Assembly: GCA_029570375.1 (NCBI GenBank)
Contig: JAKPXB010000040.1
Location: 155,464-219,463, forward strand
DNA length: 64,000 nt
From: Bacillota bacterium
GTDB lineage: Bacteria; Bacillota; Clostridia; Saccharofermentanales; DTU023
Reading direction: 5' to 3'
Positions within the stretch are counted from its first letter, which is position 1. Each line of letters opens with the position of its first letter. Position numbers and translations under genes: made by a program. This document shows positions 46,781-56,305 of the stretch, piece after piece. Below the pieces are notes generated by a model. That model had not been told where the DNA came from. It saw nothing but the letters and a program-made list of their open reading frames with translations, and did no database searches.

Positions 46781-46819
46781 CCGGCACAGGAGGAAAAACG
46801 CTTCCCGTGCCGGTTTTTT
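46781..46819 (+). terminator. Intrinsic terminator after pntB
   Basis: CCGGCAC(a)GGAGG-aaaaacg-CTTCC(c)GTGCCGG followed by TTTTTT. Confidence 0.8.
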
Positions 46820-46951
46820 CTTCTACGAGGGGGAACGTGCCGTCTCTCATCTTTTCACAGCCCGAGGCAGTTCCCCGCTCCATTAACGTATAATAGAATT
46901 GGCGGCGAACAGGGACGTATCAGCCAATGCCAGAAGAGGAGAGGTACGAGT

Positions 46952-49006
46952 ATGAAAGAGATTTATAAACCGCTGTTTACCCCATGGAAAATCGGCAATG
47001 TCGAGATGAAGAACAGGATTGTCATGACATCGATGGGCGGCACCTCCATCTTCGGCTGGATGGAACCGAACCATTTTGACCGGGAGGCCGCCCGTTTTCT
47101 ACTGGAGCGGGCGAAGAACAACGCCGGCCTGATCCTTCCCGGCATCGCGCCGGTCCGCAACATTCTTTTCGGCCAATGGCTTTACAAGGGTCAGCGCAAA
47201 TTCGACCAGCTCGCGGCATACATGCAGGAATTTCACAAGACGGGCGCGAAGATGTTCATTCAGCTCACGGCGGGGTTCGGCCGCTCGCTCGCGATCAACG
47301 ACATCATGATCAAAGCGCTGAAGAACAAGGCGCTCGCCGCCGTGATGAAACCTTTTCTCGACGTCAGCTATCTAACGGCAAGCGCGAGCGCGACGCCGAA
47401 CCGGTGGTATGACGGCGTCCATTCCCGGCCGCTGACAGTCGGGGAGATCGAGGAAATGGTCGACGCGTTCGCCCGGACGGCAAAGCTTTGCATGGACGCC
47501 GGTGTCGACGGCATCGAAGTACACGCGGTGCACGAGGGATACCTCCTCGACCAGTTCACCATGAAGTACACGAACCTCCGCACGGACGAGTACGGAGGCA
47601 CTTTTGAGAACCGCTACCGCTTCCCCGTCGATATTGTCCGCGCGATCAAGGCGGCGTGCGGAAACGACTTCCCCGTATCGCTCCGCTATTCTGTCGTTTC
47701 CAAAACGAAAGGTTTCGGCAAGGGCGCGCTTCCGGGCGAAGACTATGAGGAAGCAGGACGCGATATGGAAGAGAGCATCCGGGCGGCGAAGTATCTGCAG
47801 GACGCGGGCTACGACATGCTGAACTGCGACAACGGGACGTACGACGCCTGGTACTGGAGCCATCCCGCGCCCTATATGCCGCAGAACTGCAATCTCCCCG
47901 ATGCCGAATACCTCAAACCTCATATCCACATTCCCATCGTCTGCGCCGGGCGCATGGAACCGGACGCGGCGGCGCAGTCGATCGGCGCGGGAAAGATCGA
48001 CGCCATGGGCGTCGCGCGCCAGTTCCTGTGCGACAGCGAGTGGGTTACAAAGCTCATGAACGACGACGAAGATTCCATCCGTCCCTGCATCTGCTGTCAT
48101 AACGCGTGTTTCAACATGGCGCATTACGAGGGCGTCGGCAACGACCAGACGCTATCCGACAACGCGGGCATGGCGCGCTGCGCGCTCAACCCCGAGACGA
48201 TGCAGTCGAAGAAATACCGCATCCGGCAGACGGCGCACCCGAAGGATGTCGCCGTCATCGGCGGCGGCATCGGCGGCATGGAAACGGCGCGCGTCCTGAA
48301 ACTCCGCGGGCACAACCCGACTATCTACGAAAAGACAGACAAGCTCGGCGGCGTCTTCGTCTGCGCTTCGACGCCGTCATTCAAGGAGAAGGACCGCGAC
48401 CTGCTCAAATGGTATGAGAAAGAAATCAGCGATCTGAATATCCCCGTCGTTTTCAATACGGAAATCAGCTCGCTCGATAAGATCCGCGCGGATGAGATTG
48501 TCATCGCCACGGGCAGCCGCCCGCGCCGGCTCCCGGTCCCCGGCGCAGAAAAAGCGATCGAAGCGTGCGACTATCTGAGCGGCGCGGCACAGACGGGAGA
48601 CCGCGTCATCATCATCGGCGGCGGGCTCACCGGCTGCGAAATCGCGCTTGACCTTTCGCTGAAGGGCAAGACGCCCGTGATCGTCGAGATGAAGCACGAC
48701 CTCATGGCCGTCCGCGGCCTCTGCCTCGCCAACTCCTCCTATCTGCGCGACTATTTCGCGCTGAACGGAACCGAAATCCACCTCAATACAACCCTTGCGG
48801 AAGTCACCGATACAGGCGTGATCGTCCGGAACAAGGACGGCAGGACCTTCCCCATCGACGGCGACACCGTCCTGCTGTCTGTCGGCTATCTCCCCGACCC
48901 GCTTATCAAGAAATCGCGCCGCGTCCGCCTTGTGGGCGACTGCAAAGACGTCGGCAACCTCCGCACCGTGATCTGGCGCGCCTGGGATGCCGCCATGGCC
49001 ATCTGA
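46952..49006 (+). CDS. OYE-like FMN oxidoreductase fused to FAD/NAD(P)-binding domain (2-enoate reductase family), paralog of 34249..36516
   Basis: MKNRIVMTSMGG, HAVHEGYLLDQF, the Fe-S motif RPCICCHNAC...CALNP, VAVIGGGIGGME and VIIIGGGLTGCE. Confidence 0.85.
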   Translation: MKEIYKPLFTPWKIGNVEMKNRIVMTSMGGTSIFGWMEPNHFDREAARFLLERAKNNAGLILPGIAPVRNILFGQWLYKGQRKFDQLAAYMQEFHKTGAKMFIQLTAGFGRSLAINDIMIKALKNKALAAVMKPFLDVSYLTASASATPNRWYDGVHSRPLTVGEIEEMVDAFARTAKLCMDAGVDGIEVHAVHEGYLLDQFTMKYTNLRTDEYGGTFENRYRFPVDIVRAIKAACGNDFPVSLRYSVVSKTKGFGKGALPGEDYEEAGRDMEESIRAAKYLQDAGYDMLNCDNGTYDAWYWSHPAPYMPQNCNLPDAEYLKPHIHIPIVCAGRMEPDAAAQSIGAGKIDAMGVARQFLCDSEWVTKLMNDDEDSIRPCICCHNACFNMAHYEGVGNDQTLSDNAGMARCALNPETMQSKKYRIRQTAHPKDVAVIGGGIGGMETARVLKLRGHNPTIYEKTDKLGGVFVCASTPSFKEKDRDLLKWYEKEISDLNIPVVFNTEISSLDKIRADEIVIATGSRPRRLPVPGAEKAIEACDYLSGAAQTGDRVIIIGGGLTGCEIALDLSLKGKTPVIVEMKHDLMAVRGLCLANSSYLRDYFALNGTEIHLNTTLAEVTDTGVIVRNKDGRTFPIDGDTVLLSVGYLPDPLIKKSRRVRLVGDCKDVGNLRTVIWRAWDAAMAI

Positions 49007-49047
49007 CGACGCCGTCTCTGAACGCAAACGCACAAAGGAGCTAACAC

Positions 49048-50319
49048 ATGGAACTGACAAAAGAACAACAGGCCATCCTTGACGGCAGCCAGGGAGAGGT
49101 CATGAGCAAAATCATGAAAACGCTCGTGATGTACGGCGAGACTTTCGGCGCGACGAAGATGGTCCCCGTCACGTCCACCTACGGCCACATCGTCACGAGT
49201 TTCGGCGTCATCGTGCTCAAGGGCGTCTTTGAGCTGATGGACGAGCTGATCGCGGGAGGCGTGAAATCCAAACAGCTTTTCTCCGCCGACCCCCGGCCGC
49301 TCGATAAGAAAGTCCCGAAGAACCTCCTGCAGGATCTCGTGTTTCACGTCATGTACGGGCCGCAGAAGCGCTACGAAGAACAGCTGCGGAAGATCGGGCT
49401 GCTCTCCGACGACGCGTTTACATGCGCGTGTTATTTCCCGGAAGTCGGCAACAGGCCGAAGAAAGGCGACATCCTCTCCTGGGCGGAATCGAGCGCCGTC
49501 AACTACGCGAACTCCGTCCTGGGGGCGCGCTGCAACAGAAACTCGGGGATCATCGAAATGTTCGGCTCCATCGTCGGCTACGTGCCGTATTTCGGACTTC
49601 TCACCGACGAAGGGCGCATGGCCTCGTGGATTGTCGAGGTCAGAACGGAGAAAATGCCCGAAGCACAGCTCCTCGGTTCCGCCGTCGGCATGAAGGTGCT
49701 GGAAGACGTGCCTTACGTCAAGGGCCTCGACCGCTGGATCGGAACGGAGCTCAACGACGCGGCCACTACCTACCTCAAGGATTTCGGCGCGGCCACTGCC
49801 TCGAACGGCTCCGTCGGCCTCTACCACATCGACAGGCTGACGCCCGAAGCCGTCGAACACGGCGAGAAACTCATCCGCCCCGACGCAAAGGTTTACGTCA
49901 TCGACGACGCCGAGCTCGAGCGTGTGAAGGCCTCCTATCCCGTTATCTGGAAAAAGAAGGACGCCAAACCGAAGCTCTGTTTCATGGGCTGTCCGCACAT
50001 GACGCTCGCGCAGCTCAACGACTGGACAGACCGCCTGGAGAAAAAACTCCGCGAAAAGAATCTCTCCAAAGTCAGGATAAAAACCGTCTTCACCTCCGCC
50101 CCCGCGGTGATCGAAGCCTTTAACAAGACGGAGCGGAGCCGGAAGCTGAAGGACATGGGCGTCGTTCTCTCCTACATCTGCCCGCTGATGTACATGAACA
50201 ACCCGCTCTGCGCCAAGATGCCCGTCATCACAAACTCCAACAAGCTCCGAACCTACACGTCGTCACGTTATTACACAGACGCGGAAATTCTCGATCAGAT
50301 CACGGGAGGAACAAAATAA
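49048..50319 (+). CDS. Aconitase X catalytic (large) subunit, DUF521 family
   Basis: MELTKEQQAILDGSQGEVMSKIMKTLVMYGETFGA... is typical of the DUF521/AcnX N-terminus. It is followed by an overlapping DUF126 partner. Confidence 0.75.
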   Translation: MELTKEQQAILDGSQGEVMSKIMKTLVMYGETFGATKMVPVTSTYGHIVTSFGVIVLKGVFELMDELIAGGVKSKQLFSADPRPLDKKVPKNLLQDLVFHVMYGPQKRYEEQLRKIGLLSDDAFTCACYFPEVGNRPKKGDILSWAESSAVNYANSVLGARCNRNSGIIEMFGSIVGYVPYFGLLTDEGRMASWIVEVRTEKMPEAQLLGSAVGMKVLEDVPYVKGLDRWIGTELNDAATTYLKDFGAATASNGSVGLYHIDRLTPEAVEHGEKLIRPDAKVYVIDDAELERVKASYPVIWKKKDAKPKLCFMGCPHMTLAQLNDWTDRLEKKLREKNLSKVRIKTVFTSAPAVIEAFNKTERSRKLKDMGVVLSYICPLMYMNNPLCAKMPVITNSNKLRTYTSSRYYTDAEILDQITGGTK

Positions 50320-50756
50320 TGGAAAAAATATTCAAAGGCCGCGTCGTCGTCCCCGGCGAAGCGACGCTCACCGCGCTCGTTTCGCACGGCGGCTTCAACA
50401 CACTCGCCTCCTACAAAGACTGCAAAGAAGGAAAGAACATCTGCACGGATCAGAACAACCCTGATCTCTTCGGCAAGTCGACCGTCGGCGTCGCGCTGTG
50501 CCTCCCCCAGACGATCGGCTCCACGACGGGCGGCATGGTCTTCTTCAACGCCGCCGTCATCAACTGCAACCCCGGCGCCATGCTCTTCTCGAAGCCAATC
50601 GATTCGCTCGCCGCGGCCGGCGCGATCCTCGCCTCGGTCTGGACACCCAACAACATTCCGACCGTCGATCAGCTCGGCGACGAATTCCTCGACTACGTGA
50701 AAGACGGCATGACGATTGAGATCCGGCCGGACGGCGAAGTCGTCGTCCGGGACTGA
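50319..50756 (+). CDS. Aconitase X swivel-domain (small) subunit, DUF126 family
   Basis: 145 aa, GRVVVPGEATLTALVSHGGFN...LPQTIGSTTGG.... The ATG overlaps the stop of the large subunit. Confidence 0.7.
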   Translation: MEKIFKGRVVVPGEATLTALVSHGGFNTLASYKDCKEGKNICTDQNNPDLFGKSTVGVALCLPQTIGSTTGGMVFFNAAVINCNPGAMLFSKPIDSLAAAGAILASVWTPNNIPTVDQLGDEFLDYVKDGMTIEIRPDGEVVVRD

Positions 50757-50890
50757 CGGCGGCTGCCGTCGCTTTATCCAACGGCGCGGCGCCGATCCTT
50801 TCCACCCTTACGTTAACTAAAGGCGGTAAGTATCGACACGAAGCTTTTCAAGGACTGATGCCGAAACGAATAGCAGTGACTTGCTGATAA

Positions 50891-50932
50891 CCGCGGCGGT
50901 CGAAATCAGCCGGCCGGTTGCGACCGCCGCGG
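50891..50932. terminator. 12-bp GC hairpin between convergent genes
   Basis: CCGCGGCGGTCG-(18 nt)-CGACCGCCGCGG lies immediately downstream of the peptidase stop (50939). The flanking U-run is poor. Confidence 0.4.
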
Positions 50933-50938
50933 CACGAC

Positions 50939-52963
50939 TCAATCCTGCATACCCATTTCGTAGAACATGAAGGCATAGGTATCCGCCTGTTCGTCGATCA
51001 GCTTGGTCAGTGACTTGCCCACGCCGTGGCCGGCCTTTCGGTCGATGCGCAGCAAAATCGGGTGCTCCGAGCGGTTCTTTTCCTGGAGCGTCGCGCCGAA
51101 CTTGAACGAGTGGGCGGGGACAACGCGGTCGTCGTGGTCCGCCGTGCGGATCATGACGCTCGGATAAGGCTTTTCTTCAATGTTGTGCAGCGGCGAGTAC
51201 GCGAGGAGATTGCGGAAATGCGCTTCCTCGTCCGGATGGCCGTATTCCGGAATCCACCCCCAGCCGACCGTGAACAGATGATAGCGAAGCATATCCATGA
51301 CCCCGACGGTGGGGATAACGACGCGGTACAGTTCCGGGTGCTGATTCATGACCGCTCCCATCAGAAGCCCGCCGTTCGACCTCCCTTCAATGGCGAGCGT
51401 CTCACTCGAGCAGTACTGATGGCTGATCAGGTATTCGGCGCACTCTCTGAAATCATCGAATACCCGCTGTTTATTCAGAAGCATGCCCGCCCGGTGCCAC
51501 GCGTCGCCATATTCATTACCGCCGCGGATATTCGCCTGGGCGTACACGCATCCTCTTTCCATGAGATAGGCCGCCTGCGGACTGAAGCTGAGGGGCAGGG
51601 AAATACTGAAACCGCCGTACGCGTAGAGGAGCGCGGGATTCTTCCCGTCCCATTTCAACCCTTTCCGGTAGCTCAGGAAAAGAGGAATCTTCGCGCCGTC
51701 CGAGGCTTCGACAAAATGGCGTTCCGTGACAAAATCCGACATATCCAGCGCCAGTTTCGACTTTTTGAGAACCGTCGACCGCCCGTGTTCGAAATCGCAG
51801 AAGTAAAGCGTGAGCGGCTCGATAAAAGAGCCGAAGCTGTAGAGGAATCCGCCCAATTCCGCCGAACCGGCGAACTGAAGGACATTCCCCAGCCCGGGCA
51901 GAGCGACCTCCCGGCGCGCGCCTGACTTCAGGTTCAGGAGAATGAGCCGCGACGCGACATCCGCGAGATATTCCAGAATCAGATATTCGCAGGACAGGCG
52001 GGCGGATTTCAGGCCGTTCTCCCCCTCCGGCACAAGATCCGTTATCTCCATTGTCGCGGGACGGAAGGCGGCGATTTTTCCTTTCGGCGCGTGCTCATCC
52101 GTCAGGAACAACAACTGACCGTCATACTTCCCGATGAAAAAGCGGTTCGCGTGAAAACCCCCAAAAACGGAGCGGTAGTCTCCTTCGTCTCTATCGTACC
52201 AGAGCACCTCGTTGCCGTAGGTTCCCTCGCTCACATGGATGATTCTGTCCTGTTCATCCTTTGAAGTCACCGGCCGGTAGTAGCGCAGGGGGTGCCCCGG
52301 GTCGTTATAGATGAGCTGATCCTGAGCCTGATCCGCGCCGAGTTCGTGATAATAAACGCTCTGATATTCATTCCTGGCCGAGAGCTCGCCGCCCTCGTCC
52401 GGAGCGGCGTAGCGGGAATAATAAAAGCCGTTCCCTTCCCACGCGGCGTTTGTGAATTTCACCCAGCGCAATGCATCCGGGAGCGGCTTCTTCGTATCCA
52501 TATCGAGAATTCTCAGCGTCTGCCAATCCGAACCGGACTGAGAAATCAGATAGGGCAGATATTTCCCGTTCTTCGAGAACGACAGCAGCGTCACCGAGAC
52601 GGTACCATCCTCCGAAAGCGTGTTGGGATCGAGCAGAAGCTCGCTTTCACCGTCCAGTCCCTTTTGCACGTACCAGACTGGCTGATTCTGCAGCCCGCTG
52701 TTGTATTGATAGATGATCGTATCCTCATGCAGATCAAAGGCCATATATTTCTCATAATTGTGTAACGCGGTCAGGCGCTCGCGAACCTGTTCTCTGCCGG
52801 GAATGCGATCCAGATAGGCTCTCGTAAAGGCATTCTGCCGCTCCACAAACTGTGCCGTCTCCGCACTCTGATCATCCTCCAGCCAGCGGTACGGATCGTC
52901 GATCGCGATGTCGAAACGCGTTTCGGTCAAATCTTCTTTTCTCGTAACAGGATATGTATACAT
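50939..52963 (-). CDS. Prolyl oligopeptidase (S9A serine peptidase)
   Basis: I chose the start MYTYPVTRKEDL (GGAGGA upstream). DPYRWLED is the N-terminal signature, followed by a beta-propeller region. The catalytic region has GRSNGGLL ... DHDDRV.... Confidence 0.9.
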   Translation of the reverse strand: MYTYPVTRKEDLTETRFDIAIDDPYRWLEDDQSAETAQFVERQNAFTRAYLDRIPGREQVRERLTALHNYEKYMAFDLHEDTIIYQYNSGLQNQPVWYVQKGLDGESELLLDPNTLSEDGTVSVTLLSFSKNGKYLPYLISQSGSDWQTLRILDMDTKKPLPDALRWVKFTNAAWEGNGFYYSRYAAPDEGGELSARNEYQSVYYHELGADQAQDQLIYNDPGHPLRYYRPVTSKDEQDRIIHVSEGTYGNEVLWYDRDEGDYRSVFGGFHANRFFIGKYDGQLLFLTDEHAPKGKIAAFRPATMEITDLVPEGENGLKSARLSCEYLILEYLADVASRLILLNLKSGARREVALPGLGNVLQFAGSAELGGFLYSFGSFIEPLTLYFCDFEHGRSTVLKKSKLALDMSDFVTERHFVEASDGAKIPLFLSYRKGLKWDGKNPALLYAYGGFSISLPLSFSPQAAYLMERGCVYAQANIRGGNEYGDAWHRAGMLLNKQRVFDDFRECAEYLISHQYCSSETLAIEGRSNGGLLMGAVMNQHPELYRVVIPTVGVMDMLRYHLFTVGWGWIPEYGHPDEEAHFRNLLAYSPLHNIEEKPYPSVMIRTADHDDRVVPAHSFKFGATLQEKNRSEHPILLRIDRKAGHGVGKSLTKLIDEQADTYAFMFYEMGMQD

Positions 52964-53075
52964 CGGGCAAATTCCTCCGCTTGTCATGATACCGCAACCG
53001 TTTCCGCACACAATAACCGTTTTGTTTGATCCGCGCGCTGAACGCCCTCCGGGTTTTTCCGGAAAATCCCCAAAA

Positions 53076-53134
53076 AGTACTTGACAAATAAGTTTGTCAG
53101 TACTAACATGTTTCAGAGTTAGAAATAGCTAACT
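53076..53134 (+). promoter_or_regulatory. feo promoter with two inverted repeats (candidate metalloregulator operators)
   Basis: TTGACA (53081-86), 17 nt, TAACAT (53104-09). The -35 lies within the near-palindrome AGTACTTGACAAA-taag-TTTGTCAGTACT. AGTTAG-aaatag-CTAACT (53117-53134) sits just downstream of the -10. Confidence 0.5.
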
Positions 53135-53208
53135 ACATGACCGCCGCTTATCTCTCAATCTCGAGAGACCGCCGACCGGTCAATTCCAACACGAAAGAGG
53201 GTGACACC

Positions 53209-53508
53209 ATGATGCCTTTGAACTGGTTACGGCCTGATACAACTGGGTATGTCAAATGCATTCGCGGCCACGATGGCACGTGCCGTCATCTGCGATCTCT
53301 GGGCATAACAGAAGGCGAGCCCGTCCGCCTCACGCATCGAAATGGAAAAAACGTGATTATCGCCGTACGCGGGTGCCGCCTGGCGCTGGACGAAAGCCTG
53401 GCGCTCCGGATTTTCGTCTCTGAAGAATCGCCGGAAGAAGAGCTGTGCTCCTGCCCGGCGTGCCCTATGTCCAGCGGAAACAGCCCGGACCGTACGAAAA
53501 GCAGATGA
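53209..53508 (+). CDS. feoA: FeoA-domain protein with Cys-containing C-terminal tail
   Basis: I chose the start MMPLNWL after AAAGAGGG. Pattern: ...VKCIRG....RHLRSLGITEGEPVRL...IIAVRGCRLAL.... The tail reads CSCPACP. Confidence 0.75.
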   Translation: MMPLNWLRPDTTGYVKCIRGHDGTCRHLRSLGITEGEPVRLTHRNGKNVIIAVRGCRLALDESLALRIFVSEESPEEELCSCPACPMSSGNSPDRTKSR

Positions 53509-53536
53509 AAAAGAAACAGAAGGAGATATAGAAGAA

Positions 53537-53797
53537 GTGCTGACATTGAATGATTTGAAAGTCGGAGAAACAGCCGTCGTTGTGAGACTCCACGGCAAAG
53601 GCCCCGTCCGGCGCCGGATGATGGACATGGGGATTACAAAAGGGGTTCCTGTTCTTGTCAGGAAGTTAGCTCCGCTGGGCGATCCCGTCGAACTTACAGT
53701 GCGCCATTATGAGCTTTCGCTTCGAAAAGACGACTGCGCGCTGATCGAAGTCGAAAGACAAACGGATGCCGGCTCCCGTGCCACCCCATCGCGTTAA
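53537..53797 (+). CDS. feoA: FeoA-domain protein (second copy)
   Basis: GTG start after AGGAGA. LNDLKVGETAVVVRLHGKGPVRRRMMDMGITKGVPVLVRKLAPLGDPVEL. Confidence 0.8.
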   Translation: MLTLNDLKVGETAVVVRLHGKGPVRRRMMDMGITKGVPVLVRKLAPLGDPVELTVRHYELSLRKDDCALIEVERQTDAGSRATPSR

Positions 53798-53823
53798 AGA
53801 GAAGAGAGACAGGAGAAGAGACT

Positions 53824-55986
53824 ATGGTACAAAAAGGAATAAAAATCGCGCTTGCCGGAAACCCCAATTCGGGGAAAACAACGCTCTTTAACAAGCTCAC
53901 GGGGAGCCACCAGCACATCGGCAACTGGCCGGGTGTCACCATTGAGAAGAAGGAGGGCTCCATCAAAGGCCGGAAGGATCTGATCGTTCAGGATCTCCCC
54001 GGCATTTATTCTCTCTCCCCCTATACGCCGGAGGAGGAGATCTCAAGAGGCTACCTGCTGAACGAAAATCCTGATGTGATTCTCAATATCGTCGACAGCT
54101 CCAACCTCGAGCGCAACCTTTATCTGACGACACAATTGCTGGAACTGGGTGTTCCGGTCGTGGTCGCCCTCAACTTCATCGACATCGCGCGCCGCGACGG
54201 CGATAAGATTGATTCAAAAAAACTTGAAAGTCTCCTCGGCTGTTCCGTGATCGAGACGTCCGCGCTGAAAGGCGAAGGCGTGGACGCGTGTGTTGAACGA
54301 TGCATCCTCGCCGCAAACGGAGAAGACCCACACTACGAACGGGACAAAATCCGCACATCCTTCAGTGCACCTGTTGAAAACGCGCTCCGGGAGATTGAGA
54401 CTCTGATCGGAAAAACCGCGAAAGAGAGACACCGTTGGCTCGCGGTCAAGGCATTCGAACGCGATGAAAAAGCGCTCGCCGGCATTCCTCTGGCACCCTC
54501 CCGGAAGAAACAGATTGCGGAGATCATTGACCGCTGTGAAAAAGATCTCGACGACGACAGCGAGAGCATCATTACCGCGGAGCGGTATACGGCGATTAAA
54601 GCGATCACGGAAACGTCGATTGAACGCGCGAAACGACAGGATAATCTGAGTAAATCGGACCGCATTGACAAGATCGTGACGCACCGCTTCTGGGCTTATC
54701 CCATTTTCATTGTCATCATGGCTGCCGTCTACTATATCGCGATCAGCCTCGGAATCAACACACAGGATATGGTCGACGGGTGGTTCGGCGACGGTCTGAT
54801 CCCGCTCGTCCAGGGATGGCTCGAGAACGCCGGAGCGGCCGAATGGCTCACCGGTCTCGTGTGCGACGGCATCATCGGCGGTGTGGGCGCTGTACTCTCC
54901 TTTGTGCCGCAGATGATCATCCTGTTTGTCCTCCTGGGTATTATGGAGGATATCGGCTATATGGCACGTATCGCGTTTATCCTCGACAGGTTGTTCCGTC
55001 GTTTCGGGCTCTCAGGAAAGAGCTTTATTCCCATGCTCATCGGCACAGGATGCTCCGTCCCCGGTATTATGGCTTCACGGACGATTGAGAACCAGCGCGA
55101 CCGGCGCATGACGATCATCAACACGCCGATGATCCCGTGCGGTGCGAAGCTGCCTATCATCGCGCTTGTCGCGGGCGCTGTCTTCGGTGGCGCGTGGTGG
55201 GTGGCCCCTCTCGCTTACTTCCTCGGCTTTTTCGCTGTGATCGTCTCCGGTATTATCCTCAAGAAGACGAAAATGTTCCGCGGCGACCCGTCCCCATTTG
55301 TGATGGAGCTGCCCTCTTACCATATCCCCGCCGTCGGGAATGTCGCGCGGAGCACGTGGGAGCGTTCCTGGTCTTTCATCAAACGCGCGGGAACCATCAT
55401 CCTGCTCTCGAGCATCGTCCTCTGGTTCCTGCTGCACTTCGCTGTTATTGACGGCAGACTTACCATGATTGAAGATGAGATGATCGCTGACAGCATCGCG
55501 GCAAAAGTCGGAACCGTCCTCGGGTTTATCTTCGCCCCGCTCGGTTTCGGCGGATGGCAGGGATCGCTCGCGACCGTTACCGGCCTGATCGCAAAAGAAG
55601 AGGTCATCTCCACTTTCGGCGTCATCTTCAGAATTGAAGACGCGCTGGGGCTCGTCGAAGAAGGCCATTACGAGGGCGTCGCCGCCATCGCGCAGCATTT
55701 CACAAAACTGTCGGCCTTCTCATTCATGATGTTCAACCTGTTCTGCCCGCCGTGCTTTGCCGCGATGGGCGCGATCAAGCGCGAGATGAACAGCGTGAAA
55801 TGGACATGGTTCGCTATCGGATACCTGTTCGTCTTCGCCTATATCCTGTCCTTCATCGTCTACCAGATCGGCGTCCTCTTTACGGGTGCCGCGTTCACCG
55901 TTCTCTCCGGCGTGGCAGTCATTCTGCTGACGGGGTCGCTCTATCTCCTGTTCCGGAAACAGAGCGAAAAAACAACGCTTTCGTAA
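53824..55986 (+). CDS. feoB: Ferrous iron transporter FeoB
   Basis: IALAGNPNSGKTTLFNKLTG..QHIGNWPGVT (G domain), then a polytopic membrane domain. Confidence 0.95.
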   Translation: MVQKGIKIALAGNPNSGKTTLFNKLTGSHQHIGNWPGVTIEKKEGSIKGRKDLIVQDLPGIYSLSPYTPEEEISRGYLLNENPDVILNIVDSSNLERNLYLTTQLLELGVPVVVALNFIDIARRDGDKIDSKKLESLLGCSVIETSALKGEGVDACVERCILAANGEDPHYERDKIRTSFSAPVENALREIETLIGKTAKERHRWLAVKAFERDEKALAGIPLAPSRKKQIAEIIDRCEKDLDDDSESIITAERYTAIKAITETSIERAKRQDNLSKSDRIDKIVTHRFWAYPIFIVIMAAVYYIAISLGINTQDMVDGWFGDGLIPLVQGWLENAGAAEWLTGLVCDGIIGGVGAVLSFVPQMIILFVLLGIMEDIGYMARIAFILDRLFRRFGLSGKSFIPMLIGTGCSVPGIMASRTIENQRDRRMTIINTPMIPCGAKLPIIALVAGAVFGGAWWVAPLAYFLGFFAVIVSGIILKKTKMFRGDPSPFVMELPSYHIPAVGNVARSTWERSWSFIKRAGTIILLSSIVLWFLLHFAVIDGRLTMIEDEMIADSIAAKVGTVLGFIFAPLGFGGWQGSLATVTGLIAKEEVISTFGVIFRIEDALGLVEEGHYEGVAAIAQHFTKLSAFSFMMFNLFCPPCFAAMGAIKREMNSVKWTWFAIGYLFVFAYILSFIVYQIGVLFTGAAFTVLSGVAVILLTGSLYLLFRKQSEKTTLS

Positions 55987-56305
55987 CACTGTTTACGACA
56001 CTCGCACAGCGCGCTTCCGGCTGCGGCGACATGCGTCAGCCAGCCGGAAGCTCCGCAAAGCCCCCGGCGCATCGATTTATCCGCCGGAAACAGAATCTTC
56101 GGCGCGGCTTCGCGAGAACAGCCGAAGGCGGCGCAGAAGACAAGAATCGCCGGCACTCGCCACACTCCGACGGCGCCGGCATAACACAGGATGTACCGGT
56201 GCCGCGGATTTGTATCCGCAGACATCGTCATCAACCATTGAGTCCCGGGGATCGCGGGTCTTACTCTCCTTCCTGCCGGTCCCCGGGGAATACAGGAGCA
56301 ATACC

